NCBI GenBank assembly: GCA_050949565.1
Contig: JBMNFY010000017.1
Location: 640,001-704,000, forward strand
Length of the DNA stretch: 64,000 nucleotides
Direction of reading: 5' to 3'
DNA from: Kiritimatiellia bacterium
GTDB taxonomy: Bacteria; Verrucomicrobiota; Kiritimatiellia; RFP12; UBA1067
The first letter of the stretch is position 1. Each line of letters starts with the position of its first letter. Below are positions 28,845 to 40,375 of the stretch, piece after piece. Under the pieces are notes generated by a model. The model did no database searches. It saw only the letters and a list, made by a program, of their open reading frames with translations, and had not been told where the DNA came from. The position numbers and the translations under genes were made by a program.

Positions 28845-31166
28845 ATGGACAACTTGAAACGCACTATCTTGGTCGCCGCCATTTTCGCGGCAATGGGTTC
28901 CGTTGCCCGTACACGCAACAGCTCGTTCAGCGACCGCAGTTCACGGAGCGCTCCGTCTCGCAGTGCTTCGCAATCCGCCCCCGCGCGGTCTTCTTTCAGC
29001 CAGTCTGCGAGCCGCTCCTCCGCAGCGATGCCCGCGCCACGTGTCCAATCCGCACCGCGTGTCAGTGCGCCGCGTGTCAGCGCACCGCGTGTTCAGTCTG
29101 CGCCGCGTGTCAGTGCGCCGCGTGTCAGCGCACCGCGTGTTCAGTCTGCGCCACGTGTTCAGTCTGCGCCACGTGTTCAGTCTGCGCCGCGTGTCCAATC
29201 TGCACCGCGCGTCAGTGCGCCGCAGCCGACGGTAACACGTCCCGCGCCCCCGCAACCCGCGCGTCCCGCGGTGTCGCGTCCGGCCAGCACGCCTAGCGCG
29301 GCACCGGTACCTCAGACGCGCACCGCTCCAGTCGTCACGCGTCCGGCCACGCCGTCGGTTGCCACACCGCGCGCACCGGTCGTCCAGCCCCCTGCGTCCG
29401 CCGCACGTACACCCAGCACCGACCGTAGCACCCCGGTCCAGACGCGTCCGGCCACGCCGTCGGTTGCCACACCGCGCGCGCCGGTCGTCCAGTCCCCTGC
29501 CACCACGACACGTGGCGATGCCAACCGTGGCGCTCCGGTCACCGCGCGTACACCTGATACCAGCCGCATGGCACCGGTCCAGACACGTCCGACCGTCACA
29601 CGCTCCGATCCGGCCGCGCCCGCCACACGCACACCCGACACCAGCCGTAGTGCCCCGGTCGTCACGCGCACGCCTAATACCAGCCGTGCGGCACCAGTCC
29701 AAACACGTCCGGCTGTCACGCGCTCCGATCCGGCCGCGCCCACTCGGACACGTCCTGAAATCAGCACCACGCGCGCACCCGCCACTGATTCGAGCCGTGC
29801 AACATCGCCCGCCACGCGCAGTGCGCTTCCAACGCGGACGACGGCTGTCGAACGCCCGGCCTCCGCGCGCACCAGCGCGGCACGCGTCGATCGCGACGCC
29901 CTCAGCCGTTTGCCCTCCGCAGCCGACCGTGCAGCGGCCACGCGCCTCATGCGTCCTGACGAGAATTCGCAGATCCGAGCCGCTACACGCGGCACCACCA
30001 GCGCCATACGCCCGAGCGGCACCGCCGACGGCCGTCTGGCTTACGCGCCGTCCGCACTGCGTTCCGATACCAGCCGCCTCACGACGCGCGGCACCTCGCT
30101 GTCGGACACGCGCCGCAGTGTGCCTGCACGTGTCAAGCCGGGCCTGTCGGACTTGCGCCGTAGCCCCAGCCGTTATCACGACGGACGCTATTCGGTCTAC
30201 ACGCCTCCCGCCCGCCGCTACGACGGTGGCCGCCACCATCACTACCATCATCATTACCACCACTATGATCGCCATCACCGCCGTCACCACCACTCCAGCT
30301 TCTATCTTAATCTGGCGATCGGATCCGGCTGGTATACGCCCGGCTGGTATGGCCCTTCGTGGTATGCCCCCGCATGGTACGGCCCTGCATGGTACTATCC
30401 CGCCAGCGGTTTCGGCTTCTCCTGGAGCAACCATCGTTACGGCCTCTCCATCTGGAACAGCGCGCCGGTCTACGCCACGCCGTACTACGATAGCTGGGTC
30501 TGCGGTGGATGGGGTTTCAGCAGCCTCTACTACAGCGGCTGGCGTTCCGGTTGGTACGGAGGCGTCTCCTACATCTACAACCCTTGGCCGGTCTATCGCA
30601 CTGCTTATTTCTACGAGCCCGCGCCGGTCGTGACCAGAACCGAAACCGTCTACATCACGCAGCCCGCCGCGCAAACCACGGTGGTCTATGAGGAGCCGCA
30701 AACTTATGCGACTGCGCCCGCCACGCAAACCACGGTGATCTATGAGGAGCCGCAGACCTATGCCGTCGCGCCCGCCGCGTCGCCAAGTGGCAGCCTGCAA
30801 TCCGCGCCTGCCTCCACCACCGCACCGGTGTTGCCACTCCCCGTGCCCGGCGCCCCCGCCCCCGCCGAAGAGCCTGACAACCACACATTATGGGATGCGG
30901 CGCCGGCCGTGGCACAGGTCGAAACAACGGCCATCGGCTGCTTCTGCCCCTGCCGCTGCAACGGCAAGCGCCCCTGCATCTGCGATTACCCGTGCGGTGC
31001 CGAATACGCCATCGGCCGTGAAGAGTTTAATCTGAGCCTGAACTTCGCTTCCTATACCGACACGCTGGATCCTGAAGCGATTTGGCTTTCGTATGCCGGA
31101 CTCGACCGCAGTGCCGCGCTGGCCGGCGACGTCCTGTACGCCGGCTCCGCCACGACAGCCTATTAA
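28845..31166 (+). CDS. Secreted low-complexity repeat protein (Arg/Pro/Ser/Thr repeats, His-rich tract, Trp/Tyr/Gly-rich region, Cys cluster)
   Basis: Signal peptide, RVQSAP/RVSAP x~11, HHHYHHHYHHYDRHHRRHHH, WY.P repeats, CFCPCRCNGKRPCICDYPC. Has promoter and RBS. Confidence 0.8.
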   Translation: MDNLKRTILVAAIFAAMGSVARTRNSSFSDRSSRSAPSRSASQSAPARSSFSQSASRSSAAMPAPRVQSAPRVSAPRVSAPRVQSAPRVSAPRVSAPRVQSAPRVQSAPRVQSAPRVQSAPRVSAPQPTVTRPAPPQPARPAVSRPASTPSAAPVPQTRTAPVVTRPATPSVATPRAPVVQPPASAARTPSTDRSTPVQTRPATPSVATPRAPVVQSPATTTRGDANRGAPVTARTPDTSRMAPVQTRPTVTRSDPAAPATRTPDTSRSAPVVTRTPNTSRAAPVQTRPAVTRSDPAAPTRTRPEISTTRAPATDSSRATSPATRSALPTRTTAVERPASARTSAARVDRDALSRLPSAADRAAATRLMRPDENSQIRAATRGTTSAIRPSGTADGRLAYAPSALRSDTSRLTTRGTSLSDTRRSVPARVKPGLSDLRRSPSRYHDGRYSVYTPPARRYDGGRHHHYHHHYHHYDRHHRRHHHSSFYLNLAIGSGWYTPGWYGPSWYAPAWYGPAWYYPASGFGFSWSNHRYGLSIWNSAPVYATPYYDSWVCGGWGFSSLYYSGWRSGWYGGVSYIYNPWPVYRTAYFYEPAPVVTRTETVYITQPAAQTTVVYEEPQTYATAPATQTTVIYEEPQTYAVAPAASPSGSLQSAPASTTAPVLPLPVPGAPAPAEEPDNHTLWDAAPAVAQVETTAIGCFCPCRCNGKRPCICDYPCGAEYAIGREEFNLSLNFASYTDTLDPEAIWLSYAGLDRSAALAGDVLYAGSATTAY
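29030..29222 (+). repeat. Intragenic 15/18-bp tandem repeats (GCGCCGCGTGTCAGT / GCGCCACGTGTTCAGTCT)
   Basis: Directly visible; encode APRVS and APRVQS. Confidence 0.9.
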
Positions 31167-31213
31167 CTAACCCGGCCACGAATGATGCTGCAGCTCTGGA
31201 CAGCGCCCAAGTG

Positions 31214-31275
31214 GAACCATGAAACACATGAAACTTCATGAAAAACAGGGGCACCTTGGCGCCCTTGGCGGTTCC
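31214..31275. repeat. Nonamer triplet ACCATGAAA-CACATGAAA-CTTCATGAAA plus CCTTGGCG doublet
   Basis: The triplet is identical to 34007-34035. Confidence 0.75.
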
Positions 31276-31391
31276 AGAAGACGCTCAGGTAAGTGTCGAA
31301 ATTTGTGCGGTGACAAGAACCGCGCTGTGCGCGGGTCGCGGCACCGCTTTCTCTCCGCGCTGTGCGCGGAGACACGCTTAGTTCTCTCACC

Positions 31392-32321
31392 ATGAACACA
31401 GTACCCTACTCAGACCTGATCTCGTACTACGTCGAGCGCTCCGACCGACGCGCGGTAGACCTGCGTGAAGCGGGTGTGCCGGAGTGTGTGGTGCTTGGCC
31501 AGGCTCTGTACCGGCGCGCTTATCCGCCGCTGCAGGAGCACCGCCATTACGGTGTGGCAGAACTGGCCTACGTCGAAAGCGGGTTTCAACCCTACAACGT
31601 GCTGGACAACGAGTTCACGCTGTTCGGCGGCGAAGGCACCATCATTCCGCCGGATACCGGCCACGGCTCGTCGGGGCAACCCTCCTACCCGTGCAAAAAA
31701 GCATGGGTCCAGTTGCGGCTACCGGATGCGGACAGCACGTCCGACTGGCTGGGCCTATCGCCCGAGGAGGCACAGCCGATCCTAGCGATGCTGCGCCACC
31801 CCGTGAACCTCTATTCGAAATGGCCGGCCGACTTCCCCCAACTCATCAGTCGGCTCTTCGCGATCGCCGACCGCCCCCCATCACCCACACGCACCGCCAT
31901 GTTGCGCGCCGGCTTGCAGCACATCCTTTTCGAGTTGCTCGACCGCAACGTGCCCGAAACCGCGCACGCCCACCAACTGCGCGTACGCAAGGTGATCATG
32001 TGGCTGGAGACGCATATCAGTGAATCCCCGACCGTCGACCATCTCGCCCGCGAAGCCGGTCTTTCATCCTCAAGCTTCAAGCGGATTTTCCACTCCGTCA
32101 CTGGCATGACGCCCCACGCGTATATTCTCCATAAGAAGATCGAGCGAGCCATGGGGCTCCTGCTGGAGGCCGATATGCGCGTCACCGATGTCGCGCAGGC
32201 CTGCGGTTTCTCCACCTCGCAGTACTTCGCCACCGTCTTCAAACGCATGACCGGCGTAAGCCCCAACGATGTTCTCCGCAAACGCGGCATCGCCCTCCCC
32301 ACTAACACTGACGGACAATGA
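31392..32321 (+). CDS. AraC family transcriptional regulator
   Basis: N-terminal cupin-like EHRH..AEL.Y and C-terminal LAREAGLS...VTDVAQACGFSTSQYFATVFKRMTGVSP. Confidence 0.92.
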   Translation: MNTVPYSDLISYYVERSDRRAVDLREAGVPECVVLGQALYRRAYPPLQEHRHYGVAELAYVESGFQPYNVLDNEFTLFGGEGTIIPPDTGHGSSGQPSYPCKKAWVQLRLPDADSTSDWLGLSPEEAQPILAMLRHPVNLYSKWPADFPQLISRLFAIADRPPSPTRTAMLRAGLQHILFELLDRNVPETAHAHQLRVRKVIMWLETHISESPTVDHLAREAGLSSSSFKRIFHSVTGMTPHAYILHKKIERAMGLLLEADMRVTDVAQACGFSTSQYFATVFKRMTGVSPNDVLRKRGIALPTNTDGQ

Positions 32322-32331
32322 TTCTGACGCC

Positions 32332-32979
32332 ATGCCCACGTACCTGACCTTGCCGATGATCACGGCTGCGGCCGGCATACTGGCCGGAGCCGGTTTCCCC
32401 GCATTTGCCGCAGCGGCGCTGGGTGCCGCCGCGGCGGTCTGGTTCGCACGCTTGAAACATTCAGGCGGTTTCTACCTTCACGTCACGCTGGACCCCGACG
32501 CGCCGGACAACGGCATGCTGGCAGAGGCGCTCCGCGCGGCCGTGCGTCAGTTGCAACACACACAAAGCTCGGTCACGCTCCGCATCGCCGCGCTACGCGC
32601 CTCCCCGCACCCGCGCATCAACCTCAACCTGACCCGCGACGGTGATCTTGAAGTCCTGTGCGACAGAAAACGGCCATGCGCGCTCGGCCATCCCGGCCTC
32701 TGGATCGCCGACCACCCGCTGCCCCTCTGCATTCCTCACATGCGCAGCATCACCCTGCATCTCACGCCGGCTGTCAGAGAACGCCTGCGCGTGACATGCG
32801 ATAGCGCCGCCTCCGTCACGCGCAACGGCTGGATCGCCATTCTGCTAATCGTCACTGCCGCCTGCGCGTTCGATCTCTCCGGCCTGCTCGCAACCGCGCT
32901 CGGTTTTGCGGGCCAAGCCTATCTGCTGGAGCACCACCCCGAACGTCCGCGCCGCCAACGCAAGGTCAAACCGCACTGA
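32332..32979 (+). CDS. Hypothetical membrane protein
   Basis: ATG 10 bp after the araC stop; hydrophobic segments at both ends; no recognised family. Confidence 0.55.
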   Translation: MPTYLTLPMITAAAGILAGAGFPAFAAAALGAAAAVWFARLKHSGGFYLHVTLDPDAPDNGMLAEALRAAVRQLQHTQSSVTLRIAALRASPHPRINLNLTRDGDLEVLCDRKRPCALGHPGLWIADHPLPLCIPHMRSITLHLTPAVRERLRVTCDSAASVTRNGWIAILLIVTAACAFDLSGLLATALGFAGQAYLLEHHPERPRRQRKVKPH

Positions 32980-33717
32980 GCGGTGGCACAGATAATAGAC
33001 ATCGAGCAGGCACATCTCGTCGAACGTGAGCTGATTGCGGCCCGACACCTGCCAGAGCCCCGTCATGCCCGGCAAGCCCTCCAACCGTAGCGCGTGTCCC
33101 GGCCGCGTGTAATGTCCTTGGTCGCTCTCCGGCAACGGCCGCGGTCCGATCAAGCGCATCTCTCCCCGCACGACATTGACCAGTTGCGGCCACTCATCAA
33201 TGAACGTGTGCCGCAAAACGTTTCCAAGCCGGGTCGCCCGCGGATCATGCTCAAGTTTGAAAAGCCGTTCCGGTTGCCCGTCCTGCCGCTGCAAGTCAGC
33301 ATGCAACCGTTCGGCATGTCGCGTCATGGTCCTGAACTTGAATACAGTGAAAGGCGCGCCCCGATACCCGTAGCGCGTCTGCTTGAAGATCACCGGCCGC
33401 CCGTCGCACACCCAGATCAGTAGCGCCGTCAACAGCATCACCGGCGAACAGACAACCAGCAGGCACACCGCCAGTACGCGTTCCGCCATTCCGCAACGCT
33501 GCGGCTGGGCATCCAGTCGAAATTCAAACATCCCCTCACGATTCGGTCGGCAGCGCCCCTCCCGCGTCAACACCGGCACACACGCGGCCGGCACCGCCGC
33601 GTTATTCCCTTCTCGAACAGCCAACGCCAAGAAGTCGAGCACCTCCCCCGCCCCGCCATTCCCCTGAGTTGTAAAGACTACGTGCATGTCCGGGACACAG
33701 TATCCGCTTTCTTCCAC
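32845..33717 (-). CDS. Bacterial sugar transferase (polyprenyl glycosylphosphotransferase, WcaJ/CpsE C-terminal-type)
   Basis: FKQTRYG..GAPF..FKFRTM, DPRATRLG..LR...DEWPQLVNV.RGEM.LIGPRP, PGMTGLWQVSGR. Start uncertain. Confidence 0.9.
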   Translation of the reverse strand: MEESGYCVPDMHVVFTTQGNGGAGEVLDFLALAVREGNNAAVPAACVPVLTREGRCRPNREGMFEFRLDAQPQRCGMAERVLAVCLLVVCSPVMLLTALLIWVCDGRPVIFKQTRYGYRGAPFTVFKFRTMTRHAERLHADLQRQDGQPERLFKLEHDPRATRLGNVLRHTFIDEWPQLVNVVRGEMRLIGPRPLPESDQGHYTRPGHALRLEGLPGMTGLWQVSGRNQLTFDEMCLLDVYYLCHRSVRFDLALAARTFGVVLQQIGLARKTERGCEQAGEIERAGGSDD

Positions 33718-33733
33718 GTCGCTTCAAGCCTTT

Positions 33734-34147
33734 CCCTTCCGCGCTGCGCGCGGAGTTAACATTTAGGAGTTAGGATTTAGGAGTTTTTTGACTTCTGCGT
33801 TCGACGTTCGACGTTCAGCGTTCAGAAGCGGCGGTGCCGCGCAAGACAGGCGAATGGCCGGTGCCAAGCTATGTGGCACGGGCATCTTGCCCGTGTGGCG
33901 GCGCGGAGCGCCGCCCGGACGAGCAACGCTCGTCCCTCCCAGCGCAGCACAAGCCAGAGATGGCACCCCCTAAAAACCTCTGCGTCTCTGCGTTAAATAA
34001 ACCCGAACCATGAAACACATGAAACTTCATGAAAAATCATGCCATGCCTTTCCGTGTGTTCAGTGTATTCCGTGGTCAAATAAACCCGAGCCATGCCCCC
34101 CAAAAAAACCTTCGTGCCCTTCGTGCCTTCGTGTGAGAAAACCCAAC
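33734..34147. repeat. Composite repeat island with triplet-linker array
   Basis: CCGCGC..GCGCGG hairpin + TTAGGAT heptamers, GTTCGAC heptamers, GTGG and GGAG REP hairpins, and four triplets joined by AAATAAACCCGAGCCATGCC-type linkers. Confidence 0.88.
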
Positions 34148-36729
34148 TCAGAACTCAAAGAGGCGGGTCTCGCCCGGCGCCATGTCGAGCGTGAAGACCG
34201 GGCCGTCCGCGATGTTCTTTCCCGTGAAGAAATCCTTCACAGGACCGGCGACGCCTGTGTCGAAGGTCACCTTGCCGCCCTGCTCATCCGCCATTGCCGA
34301 GAGCCATCCTCCGCCGCCCAAATCGCCGCGTTGCCGTCCTTTACGTAACGGTGAACGCCCGCAAGATCCGCGAGAGCGCGAACCAATTCCGGCGGGCAGG
34401 CTGGCGTGCCGAGAAACACCTCGTTCCCGCCAAACGCATTTTTACGCACAGCGATGGCGGGCGTGCCGTCCTCAAATCGCGCCCACGTCTCTGCGTCGGT
34501 GGCCTCTACGCCGAACAGATCGACGAACGGGTGCTTGTCTTTCGCCGCAAGGCGTTCGGGGAGTCCGCGCCGCCGCCCCTCCTCGGTCGCTGTCGCGCTG
34601 CCATCCGTGGACGCGAGCGCCTTGCCCTTGAAACCGGTGAGCGCCTCGATGCCGCCCACGTCTTTGCCGCCGGGCGTGAGATAACCCGGCGCCCAGCACC
34701 AGACACGCGTGACATCCGGCTTCGCGGCGCGCTGCGCGTTGATCGCCGCGATTCTTTCAGGCGTCATGTACCACGCGCTTTGAAAAATCTGGAGCTTGGC
34801 GTCGAGCGGCCTTTCCAGCACATCCGAAAGCAGGTATTGTCCGTAAGGCGCGCCGGCGCGTCCATACGCCGCGCGCGGCACCGACACGAACCTCGAAGAG
34901 ACGCGCCCGAGCGACAAATACATCATGGAGGTCTCGTCCACGATCGCCGCCACCTCCGGCGTGAACGGCCGGGCGCGGTTGAGCATCGCACGGTCGAACG
35001 GCCCGAGCCGCGCCATCAAATCCCAGAGCCGCGTATCCATGTACCAGCCGCACGCAGGCAGATCCATCCACCAACTGCCGAAGCCGCGGATGGCGGTCTG
35101 CGCGTTGTTGCGCAGCAGCACCTGCCGCGTCTGCGCGAGATCCATGCACACGCCCTCACCTTTACGCGCGGTCTTGTCCGGATCCAGAAACGTGCGCGAG
35201 TCGTCCTCGAAGAGCCACATCACGCCATGCCGCATGATCGTCTCGGCGGCGCTCATCGCAGACGCGGTCTGCCCCCACGCGCGGTCGAGATAGGAGATGG
35301 GCGAACAGAGAATATCGAGATCCTTCGCGGCCTTGTCGAGAAGGTACTTCAGCGCGTAATGCCCCGACGTACCCGCGCCGCGTGCGTGTCCCGCGAACTC
35401 CCATTGATAGCCGTAGAAGATGATGACGAGTTTCTTGCCGCCGGACGCCTTGCGGCAGACGGAGGCGACCTCCGCGACAAAGTCCGCCATCTCCTCTTGC
35501 AGGTAGAGACGGAAGTCGACGAGTACGCTATCCTTCACCGGATCGGCGAGCGTCGGCGATTTAAAAATGTCCAGCTTGCGTTCGGCGAGCGTCGGCACCT
35601 CTGCCTCGGGGCGTCCGTGTTTGCGACGCCACGCCTTGAACGCCGCCTTCGTAGCGGGGTCATAGCCGAAGAAGGGCTTTGACCACGTATCCCAGTAGAA
35701 GAACTCGCTCGAGTTCTGCGCCGCCGGATGGATGCCGGCGAAGCGGTCGGGATACTTCTCGCAGAGGTGGCGCGTCATCGCCTCAAGGAACCGGCACGCC
35801 TTTTCGCGGTAGTGGCGACAGGCGACGGAGGGCGCCGGACCCTTTGATCCATCGGCATAGGTGATCACATCGTCCGGATATTTCCGCGCCCACCATCCTG
35901 CTGTTTCCAGCTTGATGCGGGGAACGAGCAGCGCCTTCGGGTTGATGGCGATGACCTCATCGCAGAGGTCGTCCAGATCCGCCCAGTCATAGGTGTAGTC
36001 ATCCTTCCAGATTGTCTTCGGCACCATGAACGAAACCAAGTCGACACCGGCGTCTGCGGCCATCTTCACCTGCGCGGGAAACGGATCGCGACCTGTGAAT
36101 GGCCAACGCGTATAGTTCCCCGCGTAGCAGGTATAGGCGGCGGGTCTGAGAAGAACGTCATCCTCGGACGCCTTCGCCTCGAACGAGAGCACGTAACGGC
36201 GGCCTTCGACGAACGGCGTCCGCTTCGTGTAGCAGTGGAACTGGGGCTTGGGCTTCGGCCCCTTGTTTTTGGCCCACCCTTGGATCTTGAGGCATCCGTC
36301 CGCTGTCACGTCCGCGTGACCGAGAGTGTCGTTGTCGAAAACCGTCCACGCTTTGGCGAAGGCCTCCGCCGAGGAGAGCGACGCGGGATCGAGATAGTCG
36401 GCACCAGTCACCGTATCGACCACCCGCACGTTGCGCAGGAACACCACAAGCGCCCTGTCGGACGGTATCCGGAAGTGGATCGTCCCCGGATCGGCGGCCT
36501 TGGGCGTGAAGGCGAGTTCAAAGCGCTCCCACGCCGTCCCCACGATGATCGGCCGGTGCCCGCGCCAGCCCCAGAACATCCGCGCCGGCACCGCCTTACC
36601 GTCCACATGGATCTGCGGCGCACCCGCCGACCCCGGCTTAACGCGCACCTCCACTTCCGCCCCCACTGCCAACACAGCGAGCGCGGCCATTGTCAAAACG
36701 TTCCATCTTTTCACATCAGCTCCGGACAC
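34148..36729 (-). CDS. GH42-like beta-galactosidase-type glycoside hydrolase, apparent 1-bp deletion at ~34307 near the C-terminus
   Basis: Signal peptide, TIM-barrel motifs (QNSSEFFYW, FYGYQWE, LCSPISY, WLFEDDSRT) and trimerisation-like domain. Restoring GAG-GGA-TGG extends the frame to ...GETRLFEF* at 34148. Confidence 0.7.
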
Positions 36730-36735
36730 CTTTTA

Positions 36736-39700
36736 TCACTGGACGAGAATGAGGGTTCCCGACGGAATGATATCCAGCCACACGCCGTCCGCTGCGGTAC
36801 GCAGTTTGGCAGTCGAGCCGTCGGCCATGCCGGTTGTCGAAAGCGTGAAGAGCGTATCCGCATTCACCAGTGTGCCGTCGATCAGCTTGTAAGACCCCGC
36901 GTTCGGCTTGGACGCGAAGGCGACCGTCACCGTCACTGCGTCCGGCAGCGAAATGGCGAGTCCGGCGGCTCCGATTGGATTCGTGACCGGCGTTTCGAGC
37001 ACCGGGTCAAATGCGAACGCGAGGCTGTCGCCCGTCAGGAACACCCTGCCCGTGAATGTGGGCGCGATCTGCGGCAGATTGTCCCATGCGGCCGCCTTGA
37101 CGTCACCCGCGCCGGAGACCGTCGCGTCCGTGAAATCGCCGTAGCCGGTCGGCGCGATGCCCACCCACTTGAAGAGCAGGTAGTCCTCGATCGTCTTCAC
37201 CTGCGCGGCGGTCAGCTCGGTCGAATACATCAAGATCTCGCCCAGCATTTCCCCATAGCCAGATGTTTGTTGCGAATTGAAGAAATTACCGAGAAGACCG
37301 AGCTTCACCTGATTCGTCGTAACGAGCGACAGCACTTCGGGTGCGCCCGTATAACCCGTCACGGTTCCGTCTACCACTCGACCGTTGAGCCGTGTCGTGC
37401 CCTTTGTCACGGCACCGCTTGCGTTTTTCCAGATCGACACAGTGTGAGACACCTTGCCGCGGTCGCCGAAATCACCACCATCCATAACCGCTTTTCGGAG
37501 CGGATCGCCGCCGCCGCGGAAGGAGTCGGACACAAAGACCACCGTGCGGACGTCTTTCTGCACATCAGCACCGCCGTAAGCGTCGCCGATCCCGCCTGCA
37601 GGCCAGACCTTGAAACGTAGCGTGTTGCCGTCGTCACCGCTAGGCACATGCGCTGCCGGATGGTCGAAATCAATCCAAGTACGCGTCCTGCCAAAGCCAC
37701 GCGCGCCTAGATGCATAAAGGGGCGCCGCGAGGTGACGCCGTAGAAGAAAACGTCGCCGACCTCCATCGTGGCCTCGGTGCTGCCGCGCGGCCAGAACCC
37801 GTAAATGGTCGCAGCGTTGTCTTCCGTCGCCGTGCGGAAGGTGTCGGGATAATCCGGGTCGAACCAGCCCACGCGCCCTTCGGCGGGAATCACGGGCGCG
37901 TATGTCGGCGTCACCACGAGCGTGCCGCCCGCGTTCACCGTGATCGCCCCCGAATACGTACCGGAAAGCTGGATGTGTCCGTCGATCTCCACGTTGCCCG
38001 TGCTGCCATAGAGGAAGGCTTTGGCCGGATGCTCCGTAACCGCCGCAACACCTTGATATTGCGCCGTGAGCCCCCACTTGTTCGCGAGGTAGGTTTCCAC
38101 GCTCACACGCTCGGCATCAGCGAGAACCTCGTTGAAGACCAGGATCTCGCCGTAATTCTGCCCGCCGCAGTTCGTGTAGTCTTTGGCCCAGCCGAAACCG
38201 TTGACGTTGTGTCCCGAGACATCGAGCGAGATGATCTGCCAGCCGCCGGACAGTCCCGTCGTCATGGGGTTCACCTTCACGCCGTCCACCCAGGCGTCGA
38301 TCACGATCGGCGCGATCGGGTCATCCTTCGTGAAGGCGGAGCGCAGCAGTGCGCCGTCAGACAGGCCCACCAGCGCTTTGCCGCCGCCGTTCTGCGACCC
38401 GAACACCATCGTCACGAACTTCGTTCCGGTGAGTGCCGGATTGGCGGGAGGCGTCAAGTTGGCCGTGTCCAGCGAGCCCGCGCTCGTCTGGATGCGGCGT
38501 GACGACCCCACGGGGCCGCAGGAGAAGGTGGCGAGGCCGTTCAGGCTGTTCTGAACACGATAAGGGAAAACATGCGGCAGGTCCTCGAAATCACTCTTCG
38601 TGCCGGCTTTGAGACCGTCGTAATGGCGCGTGTGGCGGAGGAAGCGCGTCGTCTGAAACGAACGCTTGTCTGCGAACGCCTCTACGAGGTCGTTGCCGCT
38701 GTAGGTCGTGGTGAGGACCACACTGCCGGCGGCCTTCGCGCGGATGTAATCCGGAACGGCCGTATTCAGTTTGTAAAACGTCGAGTTGTCCGAAGGATCG
38801 ATCCAGAGCAAGGCCCGATAGCAGACGTTTTCGGCGAGTTTCAGCGTTCCCGCTCCGCCAACGAATTGCGGTGCGCTGACGGTGTCCACGCGGGCGGAAA
38901 CGGTCGTGCCCTCGCCGGCGGCGACTTTGACCGTGCCGAGCTTGGCGGGGTCGTTGAACGTCGTGTCGACCGGCAAGACGCTATACGCCGTCAAATCCGC
39001 AGTTTCGAACCCGTTAAAATTATAGTCGCCGTCAGCATCCGGGAAAACGTGCCACGTTCCCTCAGGCACAGGGATCTCGACGGGCGTCTTCCCGGCCGGG
39101 AACTGAAGCGCCACGCCCGTGCCCTGCAACAGCCGCGTACCGTCGTTCACAGCATTCACGACGACCGTCGCCGTCGAGTTCGTTGTCCGGCCAAACCTGA
39201 GTGTGCCGCCGAGTTCCGCGAAGGTGTGGGTGAGGTCGCCCGGCAGGTTGACCGCGCTGGTCATGCCGCTTCCCGAAACCCGGGCTGAAAAGGTGCAGCC
39301 GACTGTGGATTCGAGGGTCAGCGTGCCGGAGAGGACGATCGGATGAGTCGATACAGCGTACTCGCCGAGCGCACTCCAGGGCCGTGTTTCGTGGTCCTTG
39401 TCCGTCTGGAGGAGATCGCTCAGGTCGGGATCGATCTCATATCCGGCAAGACGGCAATCGCAGCCGACACCGATGTGCAACGTCTTGCCGGCGGGAATGA
39501 ACGCGTCGTCGAAGATGTAGACGACCGGATTCGCAAACGCGGTGCCATAGACGTTCATAAAGTCCGGCCCGGCGATCGCGCTGGTGTGGCCGCTCAAAAT
39601 GCTGGGGACCGTGATTCCGCTCTGCGGAAAACCTTTAACCGTGCAACTTTTCAGATCCACTGTACCGATGCATGGAGTGCCGGTCGCCGTCACGAACGAA

Positions 39701-40128
39701 ACATCCCGCACATCATAGACAGGGTATCTGTTGGCGGTCGTGCAGCCGATCATCATTGACGTTGTGTTTGAGATGACGAGCGCGCCTGTCTCGCCGAGAA
39801 TGACGCTGCGCTGGAAAAGCGGTGCGAAGTTCTTGACATCCTTCGCATCGACCACCACCGTGCCGTTGGTGATGAGGTAGTTGCGCCAGATCGCCCACGA
39901 AGTGGGGTTGGCTGAGGCCGGCGTGTACGTGCCGTGGATCGTGCCCGACCCCTCGAAGAACATCGTGAAAGAGTTGTTGTTCAGGTTGTTATCACCCGCG
40001 CCTTGGCACCCCACATCCACTACCGCACCGTCAGGCCACGGGATGATCTAGGCCCGCGCCTGCATTGACACAAACGAAACGCCCGCGACCATCGTCGCAA
40101 ACAAGAAACCGCAGACCGTCTTTTTCAT
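36736..40128 (-). pseudogene. Large secreted LamG/ConA-like repeat protein with in-frame TAG (40048-40050) right after the signal peptide
   Basis: ATG 40128 MKKTVCGFLFATMVAGVSFVSMQARA-TAG-IIPWPDGAV is in frame with the 1094-aa ORF. Domains LWIDPSD...GEILVFN...ETYLANKW occur twice. Confidence 0.75.
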
Positions 40129-40375
40129 GTACCGACCCTCCATGTTTACCGGATGCTCACGCTCTGAAAAGCTTCATGCGCCCAAGGATGTTTCCATCCC
40201 CACCTTGGCATTGGGTATTACTATAGCCGAACCTCGCCTGTCAAGCGTTCGATTTCGGACCTGGACTTTTTTCAAACATCCTAAACTTTGAAAAGGGTGC
40301 TTGCATCTTCCCTGAGAATCAGCCATGATAACTGCCGTTTTTTTACCACAAGAGGAACGATCTGGAGGAGTTTTC

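Noticed and set aside
34295-34315. Programmed frameshift in the GH42-like gene
   Set aside because: A one-base loss in a short G run with no slippery site or stimulatory structure; most consistent with a sequencing indel.
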